From contig OX597828.1 of NCBI GenBank assembly GCA_951406725.2, positions 57,784,001 through 57,848,000 of the forward strand: a stretch of 64,000 nucleotides of DNA, given 5' to 3'. Positions 25,866 through 36,901 of this stretch are shown here, piece after piece. Position 1 is the stretch's first letter. Each line of letters begins with the position of its first letter. The notes under the pieces are model-generated. The model was not told where the DNA came from. It did not search any database and saw only the letters and a program-made list of their open reading frames with translations. Made by a program: the position numbers and the translations under genes. The DNA is from Octopus vulgaris. Lineage: Eukaryota.

Positions 25866-27273
25866 TGTACAGAGTGTCCTCAACAATGTGCAGATATATT
25901 CATATCAATAATAGAAGGAAGTAGTCAGAATTTGTTGAAAGACTTGTTATTACTTATCCCATTTCATTCCGCATGGGACTTTTCAAACATACCTCATTAT
26001 CGTATACAAGGGTTTTGATTTATATGTGTTTGTTAGATGTCAGCTTTTTTGTTGTAAAATATCAGCAATTCAAACATCTTTGCATTTATTTGCTCGTGTG
26101 TGGGTGTTTAAGAATAAGTGACTTTTGAGTGTGGCCACTTAATTCCCACGACCTATATTGTGTGTTGCATATATACTGCATATGCTGTATATACGTTTAT
26201 ACACATGTGTGCAGGGACGCGCGAGCGTGTTTGTATCGAATATTTAAACAAAGATTGTGGTTTGGAAAAGGTTGTTTTCTAAGCAGTTTGAGTGACAGCT
26301 TTGTCCTAAGGCACCGGCAGTTTATTGATTTCAGTGTTTATACAGAAAAGCCAGTAGTTCGTTAAAGTATGAAAGATGGCTGTTCTCTTAACACAAGTGC
26401 CTAGAAATATATCTGAGTGTTTATTAAATTCAGTAGTTTATTCACTTCAGTCTGAGAATGTCATTAAACGGTTGATTGGTTGTTGTTCAAAATATGTAAA
26501 TGAGTTTTGAGGTCATTCTATATGTGTGATTTTTTGTGTGTTTGCTTGTGATTGCTTATTTGTGTGTGTGATGATTGCTTCATAATTTGTTTTAGAGATA
26601 GTCTTAACAACATCATTGATATTCAGAGGTGACTTCACTTGTTTTATCTGGAAATAGCTTTCTTTAATCAAATTCATAGAGTTTTTATGACTTTAATTTT
26701 GAAGTAAACTTTTTGATGCTTCTCTATTATTTTAAAAGTATCTTTGAAAGTTGTTGAATGTGCTGTTTCCACAGATTTCTTTATGAAAATCTGATTCATG
26801 TCCTCAATCTGTATCATATTTTCTGTAATACCTGTCTCTTCCCCATCCCTTTCCTTACATGCTAGCCATCTGGAGTGTTGATTCTAAACTGTGGGTTTCT
26901 GAATCGTCATTGGCTGCAATTTGTAGTTTGGCAGTTATTTGTCTCTTCTTTTCTTGTCTTCCATGCAGTTTTACTACAATCAGGCTGTGACTCCTTTCGG
27001 AAATTTCATGGTTGCGCTGATTATCTTTTATCCTTTATTTTTTTTACTGGTTTCAGTCATTTGGGACACCGCCTTAAAGGGTGTTTAGTGTGACAACTCG
27101 GCCCTATGACTTGTTTTTAAAAAATATCTTTCGTGTGATTGGCGACCTTCGACAGGCACTTATAATATAACGAAATCCCAGATACAAGCAAACAAGTGTA
27201 TTAGGAATATTTGGATTCTTGTCATTTTCATGAAACAGCTGACAGGTCTCTCGCTCAATCTCTCTCTCTCACG

Positions 27274-27306
<33 letters not shown>

Positions 27307-27736
27307 GTGTGTGTGTGTGTGACATAGAACCTCCCAAAACTAGACACAATATCTAAACTTTATCAAAGTCTAACTAGAGTACCTATAAAGAAAAACCAAG
27401 AAATACCCACAAAACTGATACCAACAAACTATGTAACCACAAACACTTTCCACTTTCCAAGGATGGGGGACAACTCAGAATAACGAAGCTATGACATTAG
27501 AAATTTAAAATCCAGCATAACATATGTGTATTACGAATATCAACTGACAAACGTATATCACTAGCTTTTCGACACAAGGTCTGTACCACACACACGTACA
27601 TATACACACACAATCACACACGCCCGCACGTACACACACACACGCGCATATATATATATATATATACATATGTGTATGTATGTATGTATGTATGTATGTA
27701 TGTATGTATGTATACATATACACACACAAACCAAAA

Positions 27737-27774
<38 letters not shown>

Positions 27775-28000
27775 TTTGAGGGAATAAAATCCAAACTTAC
27801 AAGGAAAAAAATTCTATTGAGAAATACTAAATACAAATTATATACTTTTTTATTATTATTTTTTTGAAATTTACTTAATCATTGACATTTTATTGTTATT
27901 TTAATTTTGATATTTCTATTAAATGTAATTTTCTAGATGGCGTAATTTAATTGTTCATTTTGACTTGATAAAAGGTGGGGTTTTTTCTAAATATATTTAT

Positions 28001-29105
28001 AGTGAAGGGTGTTCCGCAAGGCACTGTTTTGGGACCACTACTGTTCATAATGGCCCTCTCAGACATGCCCTCAGCCATGCAGAGAACCACGATCACAAGT
28101 TATGCAGATGATACAAAAGTTTCACAGGCAATACAGAACCCTGAAGACACTGATCACCTGCAATGTGAGCTGGACAAAATATACAAGTGGGCTGAAAAGA
28201 ATAGCATGCAGTTCAATGCTGAAAAGTTTCAAGCTTTATGCTATCAGCATGCAAAACTAAATGCAATACCCAATAAATACACTGGACCTGGAGGGATTGC
28301 AATCCCAGAGGCACAATCAGTGCGAGACCTGGGTATTTACATAAGTGATGATGCAACCTTTCATGTGCATGTTGCTAAATTGGCAATGAAATGTAGGCGG
28401 ATGACCAGATGGATTCTTAGAACCTTTAGAACAAGAGAACAATAAACCATGATGGTCCTCTGGAGGACACTTGTCCTAAGCCACTTTGACTATTGCTCTC
28501 AGCTATGGTCACCATCCAGTGTCAAGTTAATCACAGAACTTGAGGCGATCCAACGAAGCTACACGAAGAAGATAGCCTCTGTGCAGCATATAAGCTATTG
28601 GGAAAGACTCAAGAGATTTAGACTCTATTCCTTACAGCGTAGGCGAGAAAGATATGCCATAATATACATCTGGAAGATCCTAGAAGGACTTGTCCCAAAT
28701 TTTGGCACCGAGAGTTACACAAATGCCAGAACTGGGCGCCATTGCATAGTGCCAAGGACTCCAAATTTGCCATCAAGATGTAGGACAAGATACTGTGATA
28801 GCCTGGGCTTCCGAGGCCCACAGCTCTTCAATATCCTCCCGAAGAACCTAATAGACCTGCATGGGGTGGATGCAGATGTCTTTAAAATAAAACTGGATCC
28901 CTCCTTGTCAGGTGTCCCAGATGAACCAACTTCACGGCAGGAGGTGCAGATGAGGACAGCTGCATCGAACTCTCTCATGCACCAAATGGCAATTGCTAAA
29001 AAGCATTCGTGAAGTAAAATCATGTAGCAACACCAAATGGCGGTGCCCCAGCATGGCCACAGCTTGTGAGCTGAAACTAGATAAAAATAAAAAATAAAAT
29101 AAAAT
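28001..29105 (+). mobile_element. CR1/L2-group LINE, 5'-truncated, RT C-terminal half with one premature stop
   Basis: GVPQGTVLGPLLF, YADDTK, VRDLGI, DYCSQLWSP, SYWERL, YSLQRRRERY; TAA at 28443-28445; 3'UTR stem-loop and (AAAAT)n tail. Confidence 0.92.
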
Positions 29106-29117
29106 AATATATATAAA

Positions 29118-29506
29118 GGAGTGGCTGTGTGGTAAGTAGCTTGCTAACCAACCACATGGTTCCGGGTTCAGTCCCACTGCGTGGCATCTTGGGCAAGTGT
29201 CTTCTACTATAGCCCCGGGCCGACCAATGCCTTGTGAGTGGATTTGGTAGACGGAAACTGAAAGAAGCCTGTCGTATATATGTATATATATGTGTGTGTG
29301 TGTTTGTGTTTGTCCCCCTAGCATTGCTTGACAACCGATGCTGGTGTGTTTACGTCCCCGTAACTTAGCGGTTCGGCAAAAGAGACCGATAGAATAAGTA
29401 CTGGGCTTACAAAGAATAAGTCCCGGGGTTGATTTGCTCGACTAAAGGCGGTGCTCCAGCATGGCCGCAGTCAAATGACTGAAACAAGTAAGTAAAGTAA
29501 AGTAAA

Positions 29507-29508
<2 letters not shown>
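29118..29508 (+). mobile_element. CORE-type SINE family B, young full-length copy
   Basis: A/B boxes, CORE-like segment, tail GGCGGTGCTCCAGCATGGCCGCAGTCAAATGACTGAAAC followed by AAGT repeats. Confidence 0.92.
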
Positions 29509-29582
<74 letters not shown>

Positions 29583-29648
29583 ACATATACATATACAGCC
29601 ATAAGTGTATATATGAAACAAGTAAAAGAATAAAAAAATAAATGTATA

Positions 29649-29868
29649 TACAAGGGCTTACTGAAATGTTCTTGGCTTTAAGGGTATGGGAAAATGTCAG
29701 CTTGGTGGCCCAAACTTCCGAATTCTTTTACACCGCTTAGAAAACTGAAGGACCGCTGCAATAGATGTGTGACTCTGAAAGGAGAATATGTTGAATAAAA
29801 TCGTAATTAACAGATCCTCCTGTATTTTCTTCTATCCAAAGCCAAGAACTTGTCAGCAGTCCTTCGTA
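29649..29868 (+). mobile_element. Mariner-derived MITE
   Basis: Imperfect TIRs TACAAGGGCTTACTGAAATGTTCTTGGCTTT / AAAGCCAAGAACTTGTCAGCAGTCCTTCGTA; internal C-terminal remnant RCNRCVTLKGEYVE*. Confidence 0.75.
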
Positions 29869-30239
29869 TGTATAATATAGAAAGAAGAATCAAAGTTAGG
29901 CAAATCACGTTCACATATACATTTATCTTTATTCAGCCCTAAACCCAACATGCATGGATTTCTCTAAAAGTATATTTAATACATCAAACATATTTAAAAT
30001 ATATGGATACATAGAAATATATAAAATATATAGAAAAAAATTTAATGCATGTTGGGTCTAGGGTTGAATAAATCTAAATATATCTGTGAATTTGATTTGA
30101 CAAATTCTGATTCTTAGTTCTACACTATTCTAACGCCTCAGGTTTGAATATCTTAAGCACTTCAAAATGAAGTCTATGCATTAGATAAAATATTTTTTCT
30201 CATAATCATACACACACGCACACACATACACACATATAC

Positions 30240-30292
<53 letters not shown>

Positions 30293-30427
30293 TATTAATA
30301 AAAAGAATTCCAACCTTGTCTGATTTTCACGTTTTATTTACAATCTTATAATGATATATTATAAGATAATATATTATAATTGAATAAAATAAAATGAAAT
30401 AGTAGAATGTTAAATATTCATTCTGAT

Positions 30428-30472
30428 TGAACTAGTACTTTCATGCATTGAATTCTGCAATCTTCGGGTTCA
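30428..30472 (-). ncRNA. Variant minimal hammerhead in the left inverted pLTR
   Basis: Mirror of 35101-35145. Confidence 0.7.
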
Positions 30473-31061
30473 TGTAGTAGTGTTGACAGTCATGCTTCAC
30501 AATTTTTGACTGTAGCAAGATGAGTGATTCTGTGCTATAAATACAGCTGGGTAGGCTCCAGAGTGCTAGGTTTTGCAAACTGTATTCTGACCAATCAGTG
30601 TGTAGTATCACTCAATTACTTAAGCTGATTGGTTGGTTGAGCTGATTGGTTTAGGCATCATGCTTTGTTGGACAGGTCAAGAGTCCTGTATCTTGACCCT
30701 GGCCGAAGCAGCAATTGTTGGGTTATTTTTAGAAATGTTGTAAATATCCTTTGTCAGAGATTTTTATATTTTTATATATTTCAATTGTCATCATCATCAT
30801 TGTCAGCACCTTAATTATTGTTGCTAGTGGTGATGGTGGTGGCAATAGAACTTTTAACCCTAAATAAGATGATTTTCCTGCTATCTTCGTCTTGATCACC
30901 TTTAGTATTGTTGTTGTTGTTAGTGGTCATGGTCGTAGCAGTGGAAGTAATACCTCTAAGTATTATTATTATTGCTTATTTAGCTTGGGTTCGAATTTAT
31001 CAATAAAATTCTTTTCTCTGATTTTCCTCTCGATTTCACTTGGGCTGTGTAATTTGTAGAA

Positions 31062-32354
31062 TTGTCTGGAAAGCAACAAACAAAATTAACAGAATCCGAA
31101 AGAATTCTAATGGAAATTTCATCGAAATTATCAACACTCATCACGATGATTGACACACAATCCTCTATTTTAAAGGAAATAGAAAAACAGTCTACAGACG
31201 GAAAACTTGGAAATGAACACATAAACTCTGAAATTAAGAATTTAGCTGAAATGATACCAACAATTATAAAATCTACAAGAGAAAGCCTACCACAACCTCC
31301 TTGGATGTCAGAAATAAACGAAAGAAATCTGGAAAAAGAAGCACACCGAAAAAGAGAAGAGATACAGAAGACATGGAAAAAACTCCTTAACATAAGAAAA
31401 CAAAACTTCTGGAAGGCATATAAATGCGAAAAATATGCTGAAATACATTCGAAATGGATATCTTTAGCGGCACCCATACTTCCTCGGAAGTACCTAATTA
31501 AAGAAATTGCAGGAGAACCAGAGGAAGAAACTGAACTTCGATGGGACCTTAGTTTGATAAAATTCAGGACCGACATCTCCATTACCCTGTCTAAACAATC
31601 CCGCTACAAAGCCAAATACGAAGCTATCGATGATCAAATCAGAGATGAAATATCCAAACTAACGACCGGCAATATAGCAGAAAAAATGCGAGAACTATGG
31701 ATCAGAGATATCTCAAAAGAAGAAAGCAGATCAAGAAAGTTTTGGCAGCGGAAACAATTATTTCTCGACAAATATGCTACAAATTACGGTAAAGACACCA
31801 GAACTCCGAGAAATAGCATTAAAAGTGGACAACCTCACCAACGCAACATACACCAGAACACGTGGCAACATGAACACCCGTTTCACCACGAATCGAAGAC
31901 GAACTACGGTAAGAACTCTTCCCATTTTGTATGCAAACACCCTAATGCACACAACATGAACAAAAAGCACAAACAAAATAGATATTGTTTTGAACAAACC
32001 ATTAGCAGTAGAAATAACAGGAGATCATTTTCAAGACCTCAACAGAGATTACCCACAAGAAACTGGACAAAAAACCGATCTAGATCTAGAAGTAAACCCA
32101 GATCATTTCTCCAGGTGGTTAAAAACAATGCTAACAAGAAATTGAAAAGTAGCATACATAATACCAAAAACAAGACAGAAAACATAACGAAACCAAGTAA
32201 AGTACCACAACCAAAACGCAAAATTCATCAAGCAAACATCAACAGGAATATAAATCATAACCAGAAAAAAATCCATTTTTTTACGTCAGGACAACAAACA
32301 CCGGAGAAAGAAAAAATCCAAGAGGAAACATACCCCAAACAACTGAACGTATAG
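31062..32354 (+). CDS. Penelope upstream ORF / N-terminal region: coiled-coil-like, then basic low-complexity segment; probably 5'-truncated at the inversion junction
   Basis: 430 open codons inside the element; RSRSRSKPRS basic tract; overlaps the RT frame by ~94 nt. Confidence 0.7.
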   Translation: MSGKQQTKLTESERILMEISSKLSTLITMIDTQSSILKEIEKQSTDGKLGNEHINSEIKNLAEMIPTIIKSTRESLPQPPWMSEINERNLEKEAHRKREEIQKTWKKLLNIRKQNFWKAYKCEKYAEIHSKWISLAAPILPRKYLIKEIAGEPEEETELRWDLSLIKFRTDISITLSKQSRYKAKYEAIDDQIRDEISKLTTGNIAEKMRELWIRDISKEESRSRKFWQRKQLFLDKYATNYGKDTRTPRNSIKSGQPHQRNIHQNTWQHEHPFHHESKTNYGKNSSHFVCKHPNAHNMNKKHKQNRYCFEQTISSRNNRRSFSRPQQRLPTRNWTKNRSRSRSKPRSFLQVVKNNANKKLKSSIHNTKNKTENITKPSKVPQPKRKIHQANINRNINHNQKKIHFFTSGQQTPEKEKIQEETYPKQLNV

Positions 32355-34588
32355 ATCCTAAAATAATTAATTTATCAAAAAGAGATCTTGACAATGATGA
32401 AATCCAACTTCTGTCAAAAGGACTGAAATTCACACCTACACCAACAGCCAACCACCAAGAATTAAAGGAGGATATCCAAAAATTCTGTCGAAAATTACGA
32501 CTTGTAGAATTCTTCGCTAACAAAAGTAATGAGATTGATGAATCCCTAGTAAGGAATAAATCAAATTTCACCCCACCAAAAGGAAGAAATAACTACCTTG
32601 ACCAATACATTGATATCCTGTCTAAATTTCCCCTTAGACGCAATACCAATGTTAGGCCAAACATTAGCAAATCAGAGATGTCTGCATGTAAACGTATACA
32701 AAACGATCAAACAATAATAATTAAACAAGCAGATAAAGGTGGTGCAATTGTTATTATGGATACCGAATACTATAAGGATTTGGTTGAAGACCAACTGAAG
32801 GATACAACCTTCTATTGTGAAATACCCGCAAATATAGACCACCACATCATGAAAAAGATCAACAACCTGATTTCAACACACCACAACTCACTTACGGATA
32901 ATGAAAAAGACTACATCACCAATTTTGAACCAAAACCCAGCAACTTATACGGCTTACCAAAAATACACAAATCAAAAAACATTCAACAGGCAGTAAAAGA
33001 ACAAGAAAGTGAGTACATAAAATTATTACATCAAAAAGACCTAAAACTTAGACCTATTATAGCTGGTCCAGCATGCCCTACACACCGTCTAAGCAATTTT
33101 ATTGACATTGTTTTGAAACCACTATGTACTTACATACCAAGTTTCATCAGGGATGACATCGACTTCCTGTCCCATCTTCCCAAAACAACAGAAACAAATT
33201 CAGTTTTGCTAAGTTTTGATGTGGTAAGCCTCTACACCAATATTCCACACGATTTAGGAATAAAGGCGATTAAATACTGGTTAGAAAAACATAGAGAAGT
33301 GATTCCCAGCAGATTCACAGTGCCATTTATATTAGACACAGTCAAACTTATTCTAGAAAATAACACATTCTTCTTCAATGGAAAGAATTACATCCAAATT
33401 AGAGGCACGGCGATGGGAACGAGGTTTGCTCCCGTTTACGCCAACTCTGTAATGGGATACTTAGAAGAACAACTCTACCAAGAGGTGGAGGTAAACTATG
33501 GCACTGGATTTAGAAAGTATATTGAAAAGGCATGGAAGAGATACCTAGACGACTGTTTCATAATCTGGACAGAATCTCTAAATACTCTGGAAGAGTTCAA
33601 TATCCTCCTGAACAACCTACACCCATCTCTCAAATTTACAAAGGAGATGAGTAGTACCAAATTACCATTCCTGGATATAATGGTAATTAAAAAAGACACC
33701 ACCATCACCACAGATATATACTATAAACACACAGACACACATCAATACCTAAATTTTAAGTCGTGCCATCCACCACATACAAAACGTAACATCCCATACT
33801 GCCTAGCCAGAAGAATTTGTACTATTGTAGAAGATGCAAATATCAGGAACAAACGCCTAATAGAACTAAGAGAATTTTTGCTCAAACAAAAATACCCATC
33901 TCTACTTATAGAAAATGGCATACAGCGGGCTATAAAAATACCTATACAACAACTTAGGACAACCCAAGGAAGAGGAAAACAAGAACAAGTCATACCATTC
34001 ATAGTGACACACAACCCATGTCACCAGAATATCTTCAACATTGCCAAAGCAAACCTTCCAATCATTGCCCAAAGTAATGAATTAAAAGACATAATCAAGG
34101 ATCGAGCTATGGTGCTTAGTAAAAGACAGCCTAAAAACTTGAAAACATTACTAACAAAGGCAAAATTTGACCTCAGCAACAAAGACCAAACATTCACGGT
34201 ATCTAAATGCAATGATAACCGATGTGGCACATGCCAATTCATACATACCGGTCAATATATAAACACAAAAACCGGGAAAATATTCACAAACGCGAATATG
34301 AACTGCAAAAGCAGAAATTTAATTTACTGCATCAAATGCCCAAATTGTGAAGAAATATATGTAGGTCAGACGGGAAACGCACTATTAGAACGCTCACGTG
34401 TACACCGGCAACAGATTAGAGACCCAGAGGTCCGTCAGATACCTTTGAGTAACCACCTAGCAACATGTGGTCGGAAAATATATATAATATTTCCATTCTA
34501 CAAATTACACAGCCCAAGTGAAATCGAGAGGAAAATCAGAGAAAAGAATTTTATTGATAAATTCGAACCCAAGCTAAATAAGCAATAA
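32261..34588 (+). CDS. Penelope-like reverse transcriptase + GIY-YIG endonuclease
   Basis: Frame is open from 32261 (first ATG 32678): IINLS..LSKGLKFTPTP, ADKGGAIVIMD, YGLPKIHK, LRPII, SFDVVSLYTNIP, GTAMGTRFAP, RYLDDCF, LPFLD, CNDNRCGTC linker, NLIYCIKCPNCEEIYVGQT..R...H. Confidence 0.95.
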   Translation, partial: PEKNPFFYVRTTNTGERKNPRGNIPQTTERIDPKIINLSKRDLDNDEIQLLSKGLKFTPTPTANHQELKEDIQKFCRKLRLVEFFANKSNEIDESLVRNKSNFTPPKGRNNYLDQYIDILSKFPLRRNTNVRPNISKSEMSACKRIQNDQTIIIKQADKGGAIVIMDTEYYKDLVEDQLKDTTFYCEIPANIDHHIMKKINNLISTHHNSLTDNEKDYITNFEPKPSNLYGLPKIHKSKNIQQAVKEQESEYIKLLHQKDLKLRPIIAGPACPTHRLSNFIDIVLKPLCTYIPSFIRDDIDFLSHLPKTTETNSVLLSFDVVSLYTNIPHDLGIKAIKYWLEKHREVIPSRFTVPFILDTVKLILENNTFFFNGKNYIQIRGTAMGTRFAPVYANSVMGYLEEQLYQEVEVNYGTGFRKYIEKAWKRYLDDCFIIWTESLNTLEEFNILLNNLHPSLKFTKEMSSTKLPFLDIMVIKKDTTITTDIYYKHTDTHQYLNFKSCHPPHTKRNIPYCLARRICTIVEDANIRNKRLIELREFLLKQKYPSLLIENGIQRAIKIPIQQLRTTQGRGKQEQVIPFIVTHNPCHQNIFNIAKANLPIIAQSNELKDIIKDRAMVLSKRQPKNLKTLLTKAKFDLSNKDQTFTVSKCNDNRCGTCQFIHTGQYINTKTGKIFTNANMNCKSRNLIYCIKCPNCEEIYVGQTGNALLERSRVHRQQIRDPEVRQIPLSNHLATCGRKIYIIFPFYKLHSPSEIERKIREKNFIDKFEPKLNKQ

Positions 34589-34906
34589 TAATAATACTTA
34601 GAGGTATTACTTCCACTGCTACGACCATGACCACTAACAACAACAACAATACTAAAGGTGATCAAGACGAAGATAGCAGGAAAATTATCTTATTTAGGGT
34701 TAAAAGTTCTATTGCCACCACCATCACCACTAGCAACAATAATTAAGGTGCTGACAATGATGATGATGACAATTGAAAATATAAAAATATAAAAATCTCT
34801 GACAAAGGATATTTACAACATTTCTAAAAATAACCCAACAATTGCTGCTTCGGCCAGGGTCAAGATACAGGACTCTTGACCTGTCCAACAAAGCGTGATG
34901 CCTAAA

Positions 34907-35060
34907 CCAATCAGCTCAACCAACCAATCAGCTCAACCAACCAATCAGCTTAAGTAATTGAGTGATACTACACACTGATTGGTCAGAATACAGTTTGCAA
35001 AACCTAGCACTCTGGAGCCTACCCAGCTGTATTTATAGCACAGAATCACTCATCTTGCTA
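34907..35060 (+). promoter_or_regulatory. Putative Pol II promoter in the pLTR (CCAAT x3 at 17-bp period, TATA-like box)
   Basis: CCAATCAGCT at 34907, 34924 and 34941; reverse CCAAT near 34978; TATTTATA at 35030-35037, ~65 nt before the HHR. Confidence 0.45.
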
Positions 35061-35100
35061 CAGTCAAAAATTGTGAAGCATGACTGTCAACACTACTACA

Positions 35101-35145
35101 TGAACCCGAAGATTGCAGAATTCAATGCATGAAAGTACTAGTTCA
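35101..35145 (+). ncRNA. Variant minimal type I hammerhead in the Penelope pLTR
   Basis: UGAAC-CCGAAGA-U UGCA gaauucaa UGCA U-GAAA-GUAC-UA^GUUCA. Confidence 0.7.
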
Positions 35146-35317
35146 ATCAGAATGAATATTTAACATTCTACTATTTCATTTTATTTTATTCAATTATAAT
35201 ATATTATCTTATAATATATCATTATAAGATTGTAAATAAAACGTGAAAATCAGACAAGGTTGGAATTCTTTTTATTAATATATTCTTCTATACACAATCA
35301 CACACACCCATATATAT

Positions 35318-35437
<120 letters not shown>

Positions 35438-36200
35438 GTATGTTTATGTGTGTGTTTGTGTATTATGTATGTATGTATGCATTTCCCCGAAGTTGTTAAC
35501 GGTAGAAGGGGTAGGAGAGTAAACCATATGCAGATGTAGATGTGACACCACAAATTCGTAAATGCTGAAAAGTATAACGACAGTCTTCAGTTTGAAAGCA
35601 TTATTATACTGTAGAAAGTAGAAAGTTAGTGTTAGAGCCATCTCTAACAGAACACCTGTATTTTTATAAGTTACCACTATTGCCAGTTATATATAAGAGT
35701 AGGCGCTTCTCATTGCAATAAAAGAAATTAGAAATATTATATTGATATGTAATATTCGTGCAAACATTTCCCTAACCAGAATTGATTAGATTCTCCGATT
35801 AGATTCTCCATCTCATATGGATATCTAATTAGGAAGATTTTCATGTCTCGTCAAAGGTTTTGCTTTTCACATTAGCTATAATTAAGGAAAATGTTTTGCC
35901 AGTTCGTTGCTATTTTACTGGCATGTTTCTATGCTTTATATAATTCTTATGACTAATCTAAGTCAACATATGTATTAGACATTAATTAATATCGCCCCTT
36001 TTCTGTACGATACACGTAATTCCGCTATCATTAAATATGTTATTACTCAACTAAGTCTTCCATTTGATATGGATACTCTCTTTGAATCATTAGACTTCTA
36101 AGCAATACCAATTTTACATCGACAAGCATAATATTTCCTACGTATATGAAGTGATTAAGCAAATTAGCTAGTTAGAAAATCTCTATCAGAGATAAAAGTA

Positions 36201-36767
36201 TTGGGTTGTCCGGAAAGTTCGTGCCGATTTGTAGTAACTTACCTTTCGACTTATTTTAGAACATGGTTGAGTCCATAAAATAGAATTTGACTACATCTCT
36301 ATTTACAGCACAGTTTAAGCTATCTTTTCGTGGGAGAAGATTTATGTTCCTATAACCTGTGTTAATTTTGTACCCCTTTAAAATGGAAGATAAGAAAGTT
36401 CATTCTCGGCACTTGATGCTTTGGGATCCAGACAAAAATTGCTACAGCTCAGCTGGGATGTGTTACCCCACCCTCCATATTCACCAGATATTGCTCCTTT
36501 GGATTTCCACTTATTCAGGTCTCTGCAGAATAGTCTTAATGGTAAAAATTTCAATTCCTTGGATGACGTAAAAAGATACCTTGATGAATTATTTACCATG
36601 AAACCACCTAAATTCTGGGGAAGAGCGTATTTTCAAGTTAAAGGAAAGGTGGAGACGCATTGTGCAACAAAATGGTTCACATTTGGTTGATTAAAAATGT
36701 AATGGCAAGTATTTATTGACTTTTTCCTTTCCTTTAAAAACCGGCACGAACTTTCCAGACAACCCAA
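36201..36767 (+). mobile_element. Internally deleted mariner transposon
   Basis: TIRs TTGGGTTGTCCGGAAAGTTCGTGCCG / CGGCACGAACTTTCCAGACAACCCAA; TA TSD; WDVLPHPPYSPDIAPLDFHLFRSLQN motif. Confidence 0.93.
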
Positions 36768-36901
36768 TAGTAACTATACTGAGAAGTAATGTTTATCGAT
36801 CACCATCCGGAGTAGGTTCTTTTTGAGATCAAACGCTACAGTAACGTCGAATAGCCGCACTGATGTGGAAATAAATATTACTTCTCAGTATAGTTGCTAT
36901 T
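36767..36901. repeat. Small MITE-like element with ~30-bp inverted repeats
   Basis: ATAGTAACTATACTGAGAAGTAATGTTTAT / ATAAATATTACTTCTCAGTATAGTTGCTAT; a related half copy near 37160-37215. Confidence 0.55.

Larger units (their letters stand above)
30290..35283 (+). mobile_element. Penelope-like retroelement (Neptune-type) with inverted 3' ends, next to (TA)n tracts
   Basis: 30290-31062 is the reverse complement of 34495-35283 apart from a few substitutions, a 1-bp indel and one 17-bp unit; internal RT-GIY-YIG ORF. Confidence 0.95.

Noticed and set aside
30980-31582. 200 aa antisense ORF
   Set aside because: Shadow of Penelope ORF1 fused to the inverted endonuclease tail
30290-35283. Large-TIR DNA transposon (Polinton/foldback) interpretation
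   Set aside because: The inverted repeat includes the end of the GIY-YIG ORF; no transposase or integrase; the RT is Penelope-type
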